Assembly: GCA_024626585.2 (NCBI GenBank)
Contig: JANKJI020000001.1
Location: 521,193 to 555,513, forward strand
Reading direction: 5' to 3'
DNA from: Ginkgo biloba
Lineage: Eukaryota > Plantae > Ginkgophyta
DNA: 34,321 nt
Part shown: positions 33,290 to 34,321 of the stretch, piece by piece
Layout: each line of letters starts with the position of its first letter
Numbering within the stretch: the stretch's first letter is position 1
The notes under the pieces: model-generated
Seen by the model: only the letters and a program-made list of their open reading frames with translations
The model's database searches: none
What the model was told of the DNA's origin: nothing
Translations under genes and position numbers: made by a program

Positions 33290-34321
33290 ACCTTATAAGT
33301 GGTGTCACATCTAGCAATTGTCTTATGATAGGAACACCACATGATTTTGATGAAACAAGAAGTCGAGGATAGTATGGATTCATGAGCAAGAGAAAATTAT
33401 AGAGTGGTACAACAAGCACTAAAATGAGGCAAATGCAAGGTTTAGTAGCATTGATGATAGGCTCAAGAAAATCATTAAACAACTACAAACCTTGAAGAAT
33501 GAAGATTAGAGGTAAAAAACATGCTAAAGTGCAAGTGAAAGAACATTATTGCATGAAGAATAAACAAGGGTTGAAAACTCATACCACAATCGCAGTCAAG
33601 GAGTAAAATGCACTGTAAATTTACAACTTAAAGTGTCTAATTTCAATTACAATAGACAAATTGAGGCTCATTAATGGATCTAAAAACTAGATTGCATATT
33701 TGTACATAATGGAGGATATGTTGACATCGAAAACGTATGAACTGCAATACAATTCATGGAAGAAGCAACTCACAACTGAGCAATGAGATCGTTGAAGCAA
33801 AATGAATTTTCAACAAATGCCTTTAGTCAATTCACAAAGGATTTATATCAAAGGGGTGACAGGAATTCGAATGACCCCTATAATTTTTAGTTAGCTCACT
33901 TCTACCAAAGGGAATTAATTGGTGAAGAATACACGGAAAAATTCCAAATCTTAGAAGTAAAGGTCGAGATGGGGCCATATGATGTTAGAGAATTTTATAT
34001 AGCAAATCTAAGATTAGAAATAAGGGTTGAAGTAAGGATGTTATGCCTACACAATCTAGACAAAGCTATATATTACGCTCAACAGGTAGAAGAGAACCAA
34101 CAAGCATTTAGAATGAGATATATAAAGCCCCCAAGGAGAATGTCATACTTGTGACTAGAACATGCACCACAACCAAAGATGGATGACCCTCATTCTAAAG
34201 ATAGCTCAAGCGCTAAAGAGACAAGGGTAGGAAATAACCCTTCTCGAAGATGTAGAGAGCCATACTTTTGAGGACATGTATGTAAAAAGGATGCAAAGAA
34301 ATTATTCATGGCAAATGCACT
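33290..34321 (+). mobile_element. Degenerate Ty3/Gypsy element: PBS-like site and gag, running off the window end
   Basis: agtggtgtcac (eroded tRNA-Met PBS) ~33298; EEYTEKFQIL..FYIANLRLEIRVEVRMLCLHNLDKAIYYAQQVEE (retrotransposon gag) and RCREPYF*GHVCK knuckle. Confidence 0.8.

Overview
AT-rich land-plant nuclear DNA from a fragmented assembly. It has about 14 gaps of exactly 100 N (probably joins of unknown size) plus several gaps of other lengths. Three host gene pieces are recognisable, all on the minus strand. (1) A multi-exon nucleoside N-ribohydrolase (URH2/NSH2-type) at ~7448-13384: exons 2-9 are seen, exon 1 is not visible, and there is an apparent 1-bp frameshift at the start of the last exon. 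(2) The 3' exon of an SKP1 gene (6793-6966), only ~480 bp downstream of the URH stop on the same gap-free contig, with no SKP1 5' exon in between. (3) A small 8-cysteine-motif/nsLTP-like gene (31957-32271) whose N-terminal half lies in a gap. The rest is mostly decayed retroelement debris (Ty3/Gypsy integrase and gag, a Copia-like intronic remnant, a LINE endonuclease, two RNase H remnants) and short tandem or inverted repeats. The most unusual item is the URH/SKP1 arrangement, which could be a nested gene, a captured fragment or a chimeric locus. No tRNA, rRNA or CRISPR array was recognised.
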